From Candidatus Latescibacterota bacterium (GTDB lineage: Bacteria > Latescibacterota > UBA2968 > GCA-2709665): a stretch of DNA of 64,000 nt. The stretch is taken from the NCBI GenBank assembly GCA_965248435.1, contig OZ252100.1, positions 5,280,001-5,344,000 on the forward strand. The letters are read 5' to 3'. The translations under genes and the position numbers were made by a program. Positions 29,101-40,363 of this stretch are shown here, piece by piece; positions within the stretch are counted from its first letter, which is position 1, and each line of letters opens with the position of its first letter. The notes under the pieces are model-generated. The model did no database searches. It saw nothing but the letters and a program-made list of their open reading frames with translations, and was not told where the DNA came from.

Positions 29101-29952
29101 ATGATCGTGGCATACTCGACTTTAGAGGATTTTTTTGGAGATATCGTGGGCAAAGCCAGAAATGGCATGGGCGTCTCTCAGGAAGAATTGGCCAGGGCCG
29201 CGCAGCTTACTTCAGCGGATATTGGTCGTGTCGAATCTTATGAACTCACGCCTGACAAGGACCGAATTCGGGCCTTGGCCGGCGCGTTGGGCCTTCATGG
29301 AGAGAAATTGGCTGGGATTGCCGGAGGCTGGATGCCTAGAAAGCCGAACGACTCCGAAGATGGGCCGAGTGCGGCCGTCGAGAGACAGATTCTCGACGTG
29401 GGAATGGAAGTAAACTGCTATATCCTAAAGTGCAAAACCACTGGGAAGGGCGCGATCGTGGACCCTGGTGGTGGGGCAAACCTCGTTTTGAACCTTGTAG
29501 ACAAGATGCAGGCCGGCATCACGCACATTCTGCTGACACACGGTCACGCAGACCATATCGGGGCTTTGGGAGAAGTGAAGGACGCAACCCAGGCTCCGGT
29601 TTATTGCAGCGAGCTGGACTTTCCCCTGCTGGGCGGAAGGGTCGATCTGGTCTCTGAGAAGGTTGACGAAGGATGGAGGACGAAGGTGGGAGAACTGGAG
29701 GTAGAGGCCGTGAATCTGCCCGGCCACACGCCCGGGGGGGTCGGTTATCGCGCGGGCGAGCTCTTCTTTTCGGGCGATGCTCTATTTGCGGGTTCGATGG
29801 GCGGTGCCCGCGGTGCGTCCGTCTACAAAGGGCAGATCGAAGCGGTTCAGAACAGAGTACTGTCCCTGGAGCGTGAGGTGAGGATTTTTCCTGGACACGG
29901 ACCGATGACTACGGTGGGGGAAGAACAGGACCACAATCCGTTCTTCGCTTAG
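29101..29952 (+). CDS. XRE-HTH fused to MBL-fold hydrolase (glyoxalase II-like)
   Basis: N-terminal SQEELARA HTH; THGHADH, GHTPG, GD, PGHG. Confidence 0.88.
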   Translation: MIVAYSTLEDFFGDIVGKARNGMGVSQEELARAAQLTSADIGRVESYELTPDKDRIRALAGALGLHGEKLAGIAGGWMPRKPNDSEDGPSAAVERQILDVGMEVNCYILKCKTTGKGAIVDPGGGANLVLNLVDKMQAGITHILLTHGHADHIGALGEVKDATQAPVYCSELDFPLLGGRVDLVSEKVDEGWRTKVGELEVEAVNLPGHTPGGVGYRAGELFFSGDALFAGSMGGARGASVYKGQIEAVQNRVLSLEREVRIFPGHGPMTTVGEEQDHNPFFA

Positions 29953-29970
29953 TGAGGAGACTGGACTGGC

Positions 29971-30279
29971 CTAAGGTTTGTTTGGGCTCGCGTGTGCGTG
30001 GGCGATCAGGGAGACCTCTTCTTCGCTGAGCGCCACAGTGAGTTCATGATCTTCAACAAAGGTCGAAATCGGCCCGTCGGAGCCTTCACCGACCTCTTCG
30101 GCCATTGCGACCCACTGGCGCAATGCATTGCAGACGTTTTCGACGGCTTCCTTTCTGTGCTCCAGGCGATTCAACCTGGTCCTGAGGCGATCGATCTCAC
30201 TGACAAGATCATCAGCTTCCGTAAGGGCCGCTTCCAGTGTATCTTCGTAAAGGGACTGTTGGCGGTCGGAATCATACAT
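29971..30279 (-). CDS. Small acidic coiled-coil hypothetical protein
   Basis: ATG 30279 with GGAGG upstream; heptad-like helix. Confidence 0.6.
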   Translation of the reverse strand: MYDSDRQQSLYEDTLEAALTEADDLVSEIDRLRTRLNRLEHRKEAVENVCNALRQWVAMAEEVGEGSDGPISTFVEDHELTVALSEEEVSLIAHAHASPNKP

Positions 30280-30701
30280 GGTCGGGTCCCTCCACCGCAA
30301 TGATGAGCCCTTCGTGAGGGGGGGTTGGGCGATCGAACTATTTAATGGACCAAAACAGAATAAACATAGGGATTTCAGGCACTTGAAGTCAAGATTTAAA
30401 TAGGTCAGATTCACGGACGGAACGCGCAAAGACCAATATTTATGCAACTTTCACCCGGTTCAGGGAATTAAAAGAAACAGCAAGGCGCGGAATTAGCCCG
30501 GTGCATAATGCGTACGTGAGAAGGCCGGGAGAGGTCATCCGCTGGAAGCAGAAGTTTGGTTGTTGTAACTGTATGTTATATTGTTTGTTATGGCCCCGTC
30601 TTGGCAGCGGAACAAAGCCGGGCACGTTTGTTGCGTTAAATGTCTCCTGTCGTGCAGGCCTTAAAGTACTAGGTTTGGTTTCTCTGGGAAAGGAGTGAGC
30701 A

Positions 30702-33700
30702 ATGGCACCTCGACTTTCGATCGTGATTGCGGCCGGGTTCGCTGCTTTGATGAGCTTTCTTGGGCCGGCATCGGCTCAAGAGTATTTCGGGAAGAACAAA
30801 GTTACGTACGGCAGTTACGATTGGCATTTCATCGAGTCTGAGCATTTTATCATCTATTTTGATAAGGGCTCGCTCAAGGTGGCAGAGTTTGCCGCCAAGG
30901 AGGCGGAGCGCTCGCTCGTAAAGCTGGAAAAGGATCTCAAGTATACGCTCAAGGGCAGATATCCGATCGTGTTATACAACTCACATAACGGCTTTACTGA
31001 GACGAACATCCAGCTTTCTGAGATACCAGAGGGCACGGGTGGATTTACCGAATTCGCCCAGGGGAGAGTAGTGATCCCGTACACGGGATCTTATTCAGAT
31101 TTCCGTCACGTCATTCACCACGAACTTGCCCATTCGATTACGATCGAACTGTGGACCGGAGGTGGATGGTTGGGCGCGATGGTGAACCAGTCGGCAACGC
31201 TCCCTCCCCTCTGGGTCGCAGAAGGACTGGCTGAGTACCTCTCTCATCCGGGCGGAATGGAGAAAGAGACCGACGACTTCATGCGGGATGCCACGATAAC
31301 TGGCTATGTGCCTCCTGTAGAGTTTCTCAATGGCTTTTTTGCATACCGAGGAGGGCAGTCGGTATTCTACTTTATGGCGCAGGAGTATGGAAAAGACAAG
31401 GTTGCACAATTTGTGTCGAGTATTCGAACGGCGCGGACCATAGACAAGGCTTTAAAGTCATCGCTGGGAAAGCCTTTGGAGGAGCTGGATGAAGCGTGGC
31501 AGCGCTGGCTCAAGCGCCAGTATTGGAACGAGATCAACCTGCACGACGATCCTGAGGAAGTTGCAAAGAACATGACGGATCATCGTGAAACCGGCAGTAC
31601 ATACAATATCGCGCCGAGTTTTTCCCCGCAGGGAGACAAGATTGCCTACCTGACGAATAAGAGGAATACGTTTGATATCTATCTGATGTCGGCGATAGAC
31701 GGAAAGGACCTCGGTCGACTTGTTTCTGGAGAGAGGTCCTCCGATTTCGAATCGATGTTTGTCCTGCGTCCCGGGATATCGTGGTCTCCGGACGGCCGAC
31801 GGATCGCTTTTGCGGCAAAGTCAAACAATAAGAACACACTATACATAATGGATGTCCGGAAAAAGAAGGTCGAGAAGCGCTTCAAATACGACCTGGATGG
31901 ACTGTTCGAACCCACCTGGTCGCCGGATGGCAAACGGATCGCTGTCGTAGGATTGAAGGACGGCTGGTCGGATGTTTTTGTCGTCAACCTGGAAGATGAC
32001 TCTCTGCACCGAATTACGAGTGATCCGTACGACGAAAAACACCTCGATTGGTCTCCGGATGGCGAATGGATTGCCATCAGTTCAGATCGGCCCAGTGTGG
32101 GCATGGCGTTCGAAGAGGGAAAAGACTTCGCCTTTGGCCAGTACGACATCTTCCTACTCCGCCCGGACGGATCCGAGATGCGTCGCGTGGTTTCGGGCGA
32201 AGCCACGGATATAGATCCTTCCTGGGGGCCTGATGGAAAGAAGCTGGCCTTTGTTTCCGACCGAACTGGGGTGAAGAACGCCTTCGTCGTCGAACTTGCC
32301 GATTCTTCAATTTACCCTGTCACCAATCTCCTTTCAGGGGCTAAATATCTGGACTGGTCGGCAGATGGCAAGAAAATGGCATTTACGTCATTTCATAAAG
32401 GTGGATTCGACGTCTTCGTGTTGAAGGATCCCCTTGAAAATAGGAAGAAAATGGAGGATCTTCCTTTGACTCGGTTCGCAAAGCGAACAAAGGGCATCGA
32501 TGACAAGTCTTTTGTCGAGCTTCAGCGAGAGCATGAGAAAGAGAAGAAGAAGCAAGCGGAAGCAGCCTTGGAATCCGAGAAGCCCGAAGAGGTCCAGGTC
32601 AACGAGGAGACTTCCGATACTACCCTGATCGAACGAAAAATCGAGAAGTGGGTTTCTGATCAGATGCTGCTTGCTGCTGCAGAATCAGAAGTCGTTCCCG
32701 ATACAGAGCAGAAGGAAGAAGCTGATGCTGACACCAGTGGGATCCAGGACCAACTCCAGCCATCCTTGAAAGATTGGAACAAGGAATTCCAGGTCCACAA
32801 ATACAAAGTTCAGTTCAAGCCCGAGATTTTTTCTGCGAACGCGGGGTTCGACACATTCTACGGTGTCAGCAGTCTGGTCTCGCTCTCTTTGAGTGATGTG
32901 CTGGGCGACCACCGTTTGATCATACAGACCGGCCTGAGCTTTTCGCTCAAAGACAGCGACTTATTCGTAACGTATGCGAATCTGAAGCGTCAGACGAATT
33001 ACTATGCGCAGGTCTTTCATACGAGACTCTTCTTCTTCAGCAACAACGTCCTGAATGCGGACCGATACTATGGCCTGGTGTTGGGGATTGAAAAACCCTT
33101 CAACCGGTTTAGCCGTTTCGAGGGGGGTGCACGATTCATCACCATCTCAAGAGAGCGGCTGGACACCTTTAACAACCAATTCGTGCGCGGTGGTTTCGTG
33201 GGCGGGACGACTCGAGGCCTTAATGGGACGCCAATCGCGACGGAGCGGTCCTTAATCTCGGAAGTGGCATTGGTGGACGACAGTACGATGTGGGGACTCT
33301 ACGGTCCGGTCGACGGACGCAGGGCTCGGATCTCTTTCGAGGGGAGTGCTGCCGGGATGAAGTTCGGCACGGCTCGCATGGATTTGCGTAAATATTTCCG
33401 GGTGCTCAAGGAGTATACGTTCGCACTGCGACTCGCAGGCGGGGCGAGTTTCGGACGAAACAAAGAGGTCTTCTACGTCGGAGGGGTGAACAACCCGGTC
33501 AATCCGAGGTTCTCCACCGCGAGTACTAATGTGGATCCCAACAGGGTCGGTTTCTCCAGTTTCGTTTGGCCGCTGAGGGGCGTAGAGCTGTTTGACCTGG
33601 CCGGAGATAGCTTTGTCCTGGCGAATGTCGCGTTTCGATTTCCTTTGCTCCACAAGTTGGCGATGGGATGGCCGTTGCCCTTCCTTTTCCAGAACGTCCA

Positions 33701-33932
33701 GGGCGAGCTCTTCCTCGACGTCGGGAGCGCCTTTAATCGGGATGGCTTTAATCCCTGGGAATATCGGGACGGAGGTTTCGAACTTCGGGACCTCAAGGCG
33801 GGCTACGGACTGGGTGCACGGGTGAATCTGGGCATTTTCCTCTTCCGATACGATCTGGCCTGGCCGACCGATTTCGCTCAGACCTTCAGTCCCTTGCAGT
33901 ACTTCTCTGTCGATGTGACCGGTCTGTTTTAA
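30702..33932 (+). CDS. Omp85-family outer membrane protein with N-terminal zinc-peptidase-like domain and PD40/TolB repeats
   Basis: Signal peptide, HELAH...EGLAEY, multiple WSPDG repeats, beta-barrel with LRG motif and terminal Phe. Confidence 0.85.
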   Translation: MAPRLSIVIAAGFAALMSFLGPASAQEYFGKNKVTYGSYDWHFIESEHFIIYFDKGSLKVAEFAAKEAERSLVKLEKDLKYTLKGRYPIVLYNSHNGFTETNIQLSEIPEGTGGFTEFAQGRVVIPYTGSYSDFRHVIHHELAHSITIELWTGGGWLGAMVNQSATLPPLWVAEGLAEYLSHPGGMEKETDDFMRDATITGYVPPVEFLNGFFAYRGGQSVFYFMAQEYGKDKVAQFVSSIRTARTIDKALKSSLGKPLEELDEAWQRWLKRQYWNEINLHDDPEEVAKNMTDHRETGSTYNIAPSFSPQGDKIAYLTNKRNTFDIYLMSAIDGKDLGRLVSGERSSDFESMFVLRPGISWSPDGRRIAFAAKSNNKNTLYIMDVRKKKVEKRFKYDLDGLFEPTWSPDGKRIAVVGLKDGWSDVFVVNLEDDSLHRITSDPYDEKHLDWSPDGEWIAISSDRPSVGMAFEEGKDFAFGQYDIFLLRPDGSEMRRVVSGEATDIDPSWGPDGKKLAFVSDRTGVKNAFVVELADSSIYPVTNLLSGAKYLDWSADGKKMAFTSFHKGGFDVFVLKDPLENRKKMEDLPLTRFAKRTKGIDDKSFVELQREHEKEKKKQAEAALESEKPEEVQVNEETSDTTLIERKIEKWVSDQMLLAAAESEVVPDTEQKEEADADTSGIQDQLQPSLKDWNKEFQVHKYKVQFKPEIFSANAGFDTFYGVSSLVSLSLSDVLGDHRLIIQTGLSFSLKDSDLFVTYANLKRQTNYYAQVFHTRLFFFSNNVLNADRYYGLVLGIEKPFNRFSRFEGGARFITISRERLDTFNNQFVRGGFVGGTTRGLNGTPIATERSLISEVALVDDSTMWGLYGPVDGRRARISFEGSAAGMKFGTARMDLRKYFRVLKEYTFALRLAGGASFGRNKEVFYVGGVNNPVNPRFSTASTNVDPNRVGFSSFVWPLRGVELFDLAGDSFVLANVAFRFPLLHKLAMGWPLPFLFQNVQGELFLDVGSAFNRDGFNPWEYRDGGFELRDLKAGYGLGARVNLGIFLFRYDLAWPTDFAQTFSPLQYFSVDVTGLF

Positions 33933-33957
33933 CGTGTAACCTCAACACGGTGGCGGC

Positions 33958-34188
33958 GTGGCAGCAGCATCTGGTCTTCAGCCGGGACAGAAATCCAGAA
34001 TCTGTTCTCATTGCGGGTGTGGGATTCCCGCAAAGGTATCAACCTGCGACTTCTGTGGTGGGAGTCTGGATCCAGTTACGTCGAAAGGTGAGGGAGTATG
34101 CTGGAGTTGTCGTATCGTGGCGGGAATCTCTGGTCTGATTCTCCTGGTTGGGCTGGCGATGTTTCTGTTTCAGACCAGCCAGCCCTGA
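33958..34188 (+). CDS. Small Cys-rich zinc-ribbon membrane protein
   Basis: CSHCG, CDFCG, CWSC then a TM helix; stop abuts the IS end. Confidence 0.45.
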   Translation: MAAASGLQPGQKSRICSHCGCGIPAKVSTCDFCGGSLDPVTSKGEGVCWSCRIVAGISGLILLVGLAMFLFQTSQP

Positions 34189-34189
34189 G

Positions 34190-35439
34190 TGATGTGGCCT
34201 TGAAAAAGTGGACGGTGAACTAAGCCGCTTTTTGGTGTTCGAAGGCGGCTGGAGATACGTAATCCAAAGACGCGTGCAGCCGCTGGTTGTTGTAGAAGAC
34301 CTCGATGTATTCGAAGAGTTCTGGCTCGGCGTGCTCGAGGTCGTCCAGGTCGATGTGGTAAGCCCACTCGGTCTTGAGGGACCGGAAAAGGGACTCGGAC
34401 ACTGCGTTGTCCCAGCAGTTCCCCTTTCGGCTCATGCTCTGGACGAACCCATATTCGGCGATCTTTTCCCGGAACCCCTCGCAGCAGTATTGGATGCCGC
34501 GGTCGGAGTGGATCATCAGCCCCTTTGGCGGACGCCGGGCACGGATAGCACGCGAGAGCGCCTTGAGGACCATCTCGTGCCGCAGGCTGGTGCTCACGCA
34601 CCACCCGACGATGCGCCGCGAGAACAGGTCGATGAAGACCGCCAGATACAACCAGCCAGCCTTGCTCGGCAGATACGTAATGTCGCTGGCCCACACCCTG
34701 TTCGGCGCGTCGATGTCAAAATTGCGATCCAGCAGGTTCGGCGCCGCAGCCAGATGGTGATTCGAGTCCGTTGTGGCCCTGAACTTCCGTGCGACCTTCG
34801 ACCGCAGGCCCTGCCGGCGCATCGATTGGGCAACTCGCGTGCGGCTGCACGGATGGCACTGGCCGGTCAAATACCGGGCGATCTTCGTGCTGCCGTAGCG
34901 AGCTTTGTGCGCCTCGAACGCCGCTCTGACTCGGGCGTCCAGAAGCCGCCGGGCCCTCTTTCTGGCGCTCTCGGGCCGCAGCAGCCAGGCATAGAAACCG
35001 CTCTTGGATACCTCCAGGACCTTCGCCATCCTCTCCACCGAAAATTCCCAGCGGTGGTCCCTCATGAACCGGAACCGGCTTTCGGTGTCTTTGAAAAGAT
35101 GGCGACTGCTTTTTTTAGGATGTCCCGTTCCTCACGAGCGATCTCCAGCTCGCGACGCAGACGGCGGTTCTCCTCCTCCAGGGGCTTCTGGTGCCCCGTA
35201 CCCGGGAAGGACTCTTCAGGGTCGGCTTCAAGTTCCTTGCGCCACGTGCGGATCGCTCCCTGGTACAGCCCCAGGTCTCGCTCTACCTGCCGATCCGTCA
35301 CGTCGCCGGCATCCGCGATCCGGACTGCTTCACGCTTGAAATCGGAATCAAATGTCCGTTTCGGTTTCCCTTTCATAGACACACCTCCTGACGGAAGATA
35401 CTTTGGTTCTCGGTGTGTCCACAATTTCAAAACGCCTCA
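34190..35439 (-). mobile_element. IS3-family element copy 1 (orfA 35062-35376, orfB 34220-35065)
   Basis: TG...CA ends, 1250 bp, DDE integrase WASDITY/HSDRG/WDNAVSE, A7G slippery site. Confidence 0.95.
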
Positions 35440-35753
35440 AGGGGGCTGTTCACCTTTTACGATTTCCCGGCCGCTCCCTGGCGACACCTCCGGTCCACCA
35501 ATCCCATCGAATCCACCTTCAGCACCGTTCGAGACCGCACACGCCAGACCAAAGGATGCGGCTCTCGAAATGCCACGATGATGATGGTCTACAAACTGGC
35601 AGACCAAGCCCAAAAACACTGGCACAGATTACACAGTCACAAACTCATTGAACTCGTCGTCCAAGGCGTCGAATTCCAGGATGGAGACGTTAAAGCCGCA
35701 GCTTAATCCATCAGGATCCGCTCCCCGCCATCCACAACATTTGACAATATCTC
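35440..35753 (+). pseudogene. IS256-family transposase 3' remnant with probable right end
   Basis: FYDFP...STNPIESTF..VR.RT motif; ends CACAACATTTGACAATATCTC; truncated by the IS3. Confidence 0.8.
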
Positions 35754-35880
35754 GTTGCGCTATCTGGCGAGGAATCGCTACAACAGTAATCTTCTTGTTG
35801 AAAAGCAGAAAAACCGGAAAAACAGAGAAAGTGATGTCCGCTCCTTTATTCCATTCCTGATGACAAAAAACAACACGGAC

Positions 35881-35984
35881 GCTTAACACGCGATGCCCGC
35901 TACACTCCCTTCGGTCATTCGGCCCTCCGGGCACATTACCTCCGCTACGCTCCGGCAACGTCGGGTATCGCGAGGCCGTTAACG
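35881..35984 (+). other. attC-like integron recombination site
   Basis: GCTTAAC...GTTAACG, 104 bp, stem CGCGATGCCCG/CGGGTATCGCG; an upstream reading frame stops at the TAA inside R''. Confidence 0.75.
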
Positions 35985-36017
35985 GAAATCGCCCCTACCA
36001 CCCCAAAGGAGGGAAAA

Positions 36018-37331
36018 ATGAAACTCTGGGTATTCACCTGCAGTGACAGCCCGTTCGAACACTGGCTCGACGGGTTCGAGGAGCGGTTCGACGCCTGGGC
36101 GGATAGCGGCGTGCGCGGTCTGGCCGTCGGCCGCATGGCATTCCTCCAAGAGGATGGCACCGCCATTCCGGCGTGGGCTCCCGACCCGAAGGTGTACGAG
36201 GCCCTGGGGGCGGAAGTCCCGGAGCAGCGTCCGCGCGACCTCTCAAAAGAGAAGAAGCTGCACGCAATGCTGGACAACGCCGCGGAGCGGGGCTGGCGAC
36301 TACTGATTTTCGCCGGAGGCGGCCCGACCGCCCACGTGCAGGACCAAATGAACGCCTTTCCACAGGTGCACGGCGTCATTGTCGACGGTCCGGGCGAAAA
36401 CCACTACGAGCTGGCCTTCCACCACGGGGGCGAGCTCCTGGAGATCCGTCCGGGTGAGGAGGGCCGCTTCGCCCAGGTCGGCGCCGAGATTGATCGAATA
36501 CAACGCGGCATCACCCACTTTCGGGAGCGTTTGCACAATCTGACACCGGAAATGGTGCGGTACCACGCCGACGGGGGGATGCTGGGGGCAATGCTCCTGT
36601 TCGACGTCAACGAGGACGTGCTCTACTGGCTGCGCAAGCGGCAGGAGCTCTCTCGCTTCGACTGGCAGTACATGCGGCAACAGGTCGACGCCGTCGATCG
36701 CAAGGTGGAGTTGGGCGGTATCCCGCGGGCCGTGACGTGGTCATCGCTCACCGGACAGAATTACTGTCAGATGGCGGAGTATTTCGACTATATCTTTCCG
36801 AAACACTATTTTTGGCACCGCGGCATGGACGGCATGTACGGAACCATATCCCGCTGGGTAAGACGATTGCGAAAGTGGAATCCGTCCCTGAGCGAGGCGG
36901 AGTGTTTCGCTGTAGTGAAGGCGCTGTTGGGCATCGAGCTGCCTGGCATCAACTCGCTTATGGACATGGAGATGGGTTTCCCCGACGAATTCTTCTCCAG
37001 GGTGGTCTACAACGAGACTCGGCGGGCCCTGGCGGCCATAGGTGATCCCGACAAGGTGATAGCCTGGGTGTCCACGGGGCGCCGCCCCCACGGCGGCGAC
37101 CCGATGCAGGCGCGCGATCTCTACGGCATCCTGACTGCTTCGCAGGAGGCGGGGTTGAAGCGCTTCCTATACCATCCCGAGCCGGATTTCAGGGCGGCGG
37201 AATGGACCATCATCTCGTCGCTGTGCGGAAACCAATGGGATGAAGACGCCGACGGGTACTGGCCGACGGGGACCGACAAGCCAGGCGTCTGGGACGGCGG
37301 GCGCGAGGTACCCGAAGGGGGCCGAATATGA
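36018..37331 (+). CDS. Hypothetical protein (possible TIM-barrel hydrolase-like)
   Basis: 437-aa GC-rich ORF with GGAGG RBS directly after the attC; no diagnostic motif recognised. Confidence 0.75.
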   Translation: MKLWVFTCSDSPFEHWLDGFEERFDAWADSGVRGLAVGRMAFLQEDGTAIPAWAPDPKVYEALGAEVPEQRPRDLSKEKKLHAMLDNAAERGWRLLIFAGGGPTAHVQDQMNAFPQVHGVIVDGPGENHYELAFHHGGELLEIRPGEEGRFAQVGAEIDRIQRGITHFRERLHNLTPEMVRYHADGGMLGAMLLFDVNEDVLYWLRKRQELSRFDWQYMRQQVDAVDRKVELGGIPRAVTWSSLTGQNYCQMAEYFDYIFPKHYFWHRGMDGMYGTISRWVRRLRKWNPSLSEAECFAVVKALLGIELPGINSLMDMEMGFPDEFFSRVVYNETRRALAAIGDPDKVIAWVSTGRRPHGGDPMQARDLYGILTASQEAGLKRFLYHPEPDFRAAEWTIISSLCGNQWDEDADGYWPTGTDKPGVWDGGREVPEGGRI

Positions 37332-37445
37332 GCAAGATCTCTGACTCGTTGCGGGAGGGTTTCCCGCGGGCGCGAACGATAAGCGGCAAAAACTGAAGGC
37401 GCGCAAGAACCACTGCCTGCCACCTCGAAATTTTGGAGATGTGAA

Positions 37446-39433
37446 ATGAATGATTCCCCGTCATACTCAGTTGCGGTAATTGCAGATATTCACGGCAACG
37501 TCGCTGCACTCAACGCTGTTCTTGAGGATCTGCAAAGCCAACCCTATGATCGTCTGGTGGTCGCCGGCGACCTGGTGCTGAACGGACCCCGCCCGGTCGA
37601 GAGTCTTGACGCGATACGAAATCTGGGCGCTCCCACGATTTACGGGAACGCAGACCTGTTGGTCTTTGATGAACAGTATTCCGAGGAAAGACTGGACTGG
37701 GTGAGAGAGAAGCTGGGAACAGATGGCTTGAGCTATCTGAAGGGTCTGCCCTTTGAGTACAGGATAACGCCACCGGGAGGGCAGTCTCCGGAGGATGATC
37801 TTCTCATTGTGCACGCAACGCCTACTGATGTGACCGGTATGTATGAGGCGTTTTGAAATTGTGGACACACCGAGAACCAAAGTATCTTCCGTCAGGAGGT
37901 GTGTCTATGAAAGGGAAACCGAAACGGACATTTGATTCCGATTTCAAGCGTGAAGCAGTCCGGATCGCGGATGCCGGCGACGTGACGGATCGGCAGGTAG
38001 AGCGAGACCTGGGGCTGTACCAGGGAGCGATCCGCACGTGGCGCAAGGAACTTGAAGCCGACCCTGAAGAGTCCTTCCCGGGTACGGGGCACCAGAAGCC
38101 CCTGGAGGAGGAGAACCGCCGTCTGCGTCGCGAGCTGGAGATCGCTCGTGAGGAACGGGACATCCTAAAAAAAGCAGTCGCCATCTTTTCAAAGACACCG
38201 AAAGCCGGTTCCGGTTCATGAGGGACCACCGCTGGGAATTTTCGGTGGAGAGGATGGCGAAGGTCCTGGAGGTATCCAAGAGCGGTTTCTATGCCTGGCT
38301 GCTGCGGCCCGAGAGCGCCAGAAAGAGGGCCCGGCGGCTTCTGGACGCCCGAGTCAGAGCGGCGTTCGAGGCGCACAAAGCTCGCTACGGCAGCACGAAG
38401 ATCGCCCGGTATTTGACCGGCCAGGGCCATCCGTGCAGCCGCACGCGAGTTGCCCAATCGATGCGCCGGCAGGGCCTGCGGTCGAAGGTCGCACGGAAGT
38501 TCAGGGCCACAACGGACTCGAATCACCATCTGGCTGCGGCGCCGAACCTGCTGGATCGCAATTTTGACATCGACGCGCCGAACAGGGTGTGGGCCAGCGA
38601 CATTACGTATCTGCCGAGCAAGGCTGGCTGGTTGTATCTGGCGGTCTTCATCGACCTGTTCTCGCGGCGCATCGTCGGGTGGTGCGTGAGCACCAGCCTG
38701 CGGCACGAGATGGTCCTCAAGGCGCTCTCGCGTGCTATCCGTGCCCGGCGTCCGCCAAAGGGGCTGATGATCCACTCCGACCGCGGCATCCAATACTGCT
38801 GCGAGGGGTTCCGGGAAAAGATCGCCGAATATGGGTTCGTCCAGAGCATGAGCCGAAAGGGGAACTGCTGGGACAACGCAGTGTCCGAGTCCCTTTTCCG
38901 GTCCCTCAAGACCGAGTGGGCTTACCACATCGACCTGGACGACCTCGAGCACGCCGAGCCAGAACTCTTCGAATACATCGAGGTCTTCTACAACAACCAG
39001 CGGCTGCACGCGTCTTTGGATTACGTATCTCCAGCCGCCTTCGAACACCAAAAAGCGGCTTAGTTCACCGTCCACTTTTTCAAGGCCACATCAGTTCAGT
39101 CTTCGGACGGTTACTCCGGAAGAGGAAGCCAGGACATTGCTGGGGGATGCGGAGGCCAATCTGATTGTGGCAGGACACCTTCACTACGCGTCCTATGGCG
39201 TTCCGTGCGGTCAGCGATATAGCATCATTGATTCAGTTGGGTTTCCGTTTGATGGGGATCATCAAGTTGGATATGCCAGAGTGTGGTGGGATGGGCAGGA
39301 ATGGCTTGTGGAAAACCACAGATTAAGTTACGATTACCACAAGGTTGTGGAGGATGTCAGGTGTTGTGGTGCGCCTTTTGGTGAGTTGTCAGCCAAAAGG
39401 ATCCTTCAAGCCAGATTCAGGCCGGTCATGTAG
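37446..39433 (+). pseudogene. Calcineurin-like metallophosphoesterase interrupted by IS3 copy 2
   Basis: 5' part ADIHGN, GDLV, GNAD, HATP (to 37843); 3' part GHLH, SVG (39094-39433). Confidence 0.88.
37844..39093 (+). mobile_element. IS3-family element copy 2 (orfA 37907-38221, orfB 38218-39063)
   Basis: 1250 bp, nearly identical to copy 1 (orfB Cys/Gly difference); slippery AAAAAAAG at 38167-38174 joins orfA to orfB by a -1 shift. Confidence 0.95.
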
Positions 39434-39548
39434 AATCAGAAGCCTGATGGTGCGCGCTTTATCTCTGCCCGTGATAGGCTTCGCCGTGATGGGGCTGCCA
39501 GCGGTTTACAGGCCGTTATGCGAAGCGGCGAAAAGGAAATAAAGCGCC

Positions 39549-40199
39549 ATGCTGAATGCCATTCTTTGGGACAACGACGGCGTCCTGGTCGACACCGAAG
39601 GCCTGTACTTCCAGGCCTGCCGCGAAACCCTGGAACGCCTCGGCGTCCGCCTGAGCGAAGCCCGTTTCATCGAGCTCTTCCTCAAGGCCAGCGAAGGCCT
39701 TACCAGGATCGCCGCCGAACACCGCATAGACGAACAGGCGCTGGAGCCCGCCCGCATCTGGCGCAACGCCCGCTACACCGAACTGTTGCGCGCCGGCGTA
39801 CCCGTCATCGACGGCGCCCGCCAGGTGCTGCACCAACTCCACGGCACGGTGCGCATGGGCATCGTCACCAGTTCGCGGCGGGAGCACTTTGAGATCATCC
39901 ACGCCGCCACCGGCCTGCTGGACTGCATCGATTTCACGCTCGTGCGCGAAGACTACCGGCATTCCAAGCCCGACCCCGAGCCCTACCTCACGGCCATGCG
40001 GCAAAACGGCCTCAGCGCCGCCGAATGCGTCGTAATCGAAGACTCGGACCGGGGGCTGCGCGCCGCACTGGCGGCCGGGCTGCGCTGCATCGTCATACCG
40101 CAGGGCCTGACGCGCGGCCTGGACTTCACCGGCGCCCTGCGGCAACTGACCGATATCCGTCAGGTCCCACCGCTGATCCATGAACTTATGCAAACTTAG
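39549..40199 (+). CDS. HAD-IA family phosphatase
   Basis: WDNDGVLVDT, KPDPEPY, IEDS; GC-rich; preceded by a GTTATGC R'-like box at 39515. Confidence 0.9.
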   Translation: MLNAILWDNDGVLVDTEGLYFQACRETLERLGVRLSEARFIELFLKASEGLTRIAAEHRIDEQALEPARIWRNARYTELLRAGVPVIDGARQVLHQLHGTVRMGIVTSSRREHFEIIHAATGLLDCIDFTLVREDYRHSKPDPEPYLTAMRQNGLSAAECVVIEDSDRGLRAALAAGLRCIVIPQGLTRGLDFTGALRQLTDIRQVPPLIHELMQT

Positions 40200-40363
40200 T
40201 ACTGTTTCAATTAAGTTTCTTGCGTTCAATCCCACCCGTTACGGACGAAAAGCTTGAGGGGTAGGATTTGAAAATCAAAGGGGGCAAAAGCAAAGACAAT
40301 AATATCCACGTCTTTTGGACATGCACTGGATTTCCTCAAGAAAGGACATAAAACGAAAGACCC

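Noticed and set aside
34208-35581. 457-aa ORF (and the 417-aa ORF at 37822-39075)
   Set aside because: Antisense shadows of the IS3 transposase genes
40197-40363. Possible IS-end fragment after the HAD gene
   Set aside because: No partner end or transposase similarity identifiable by eye
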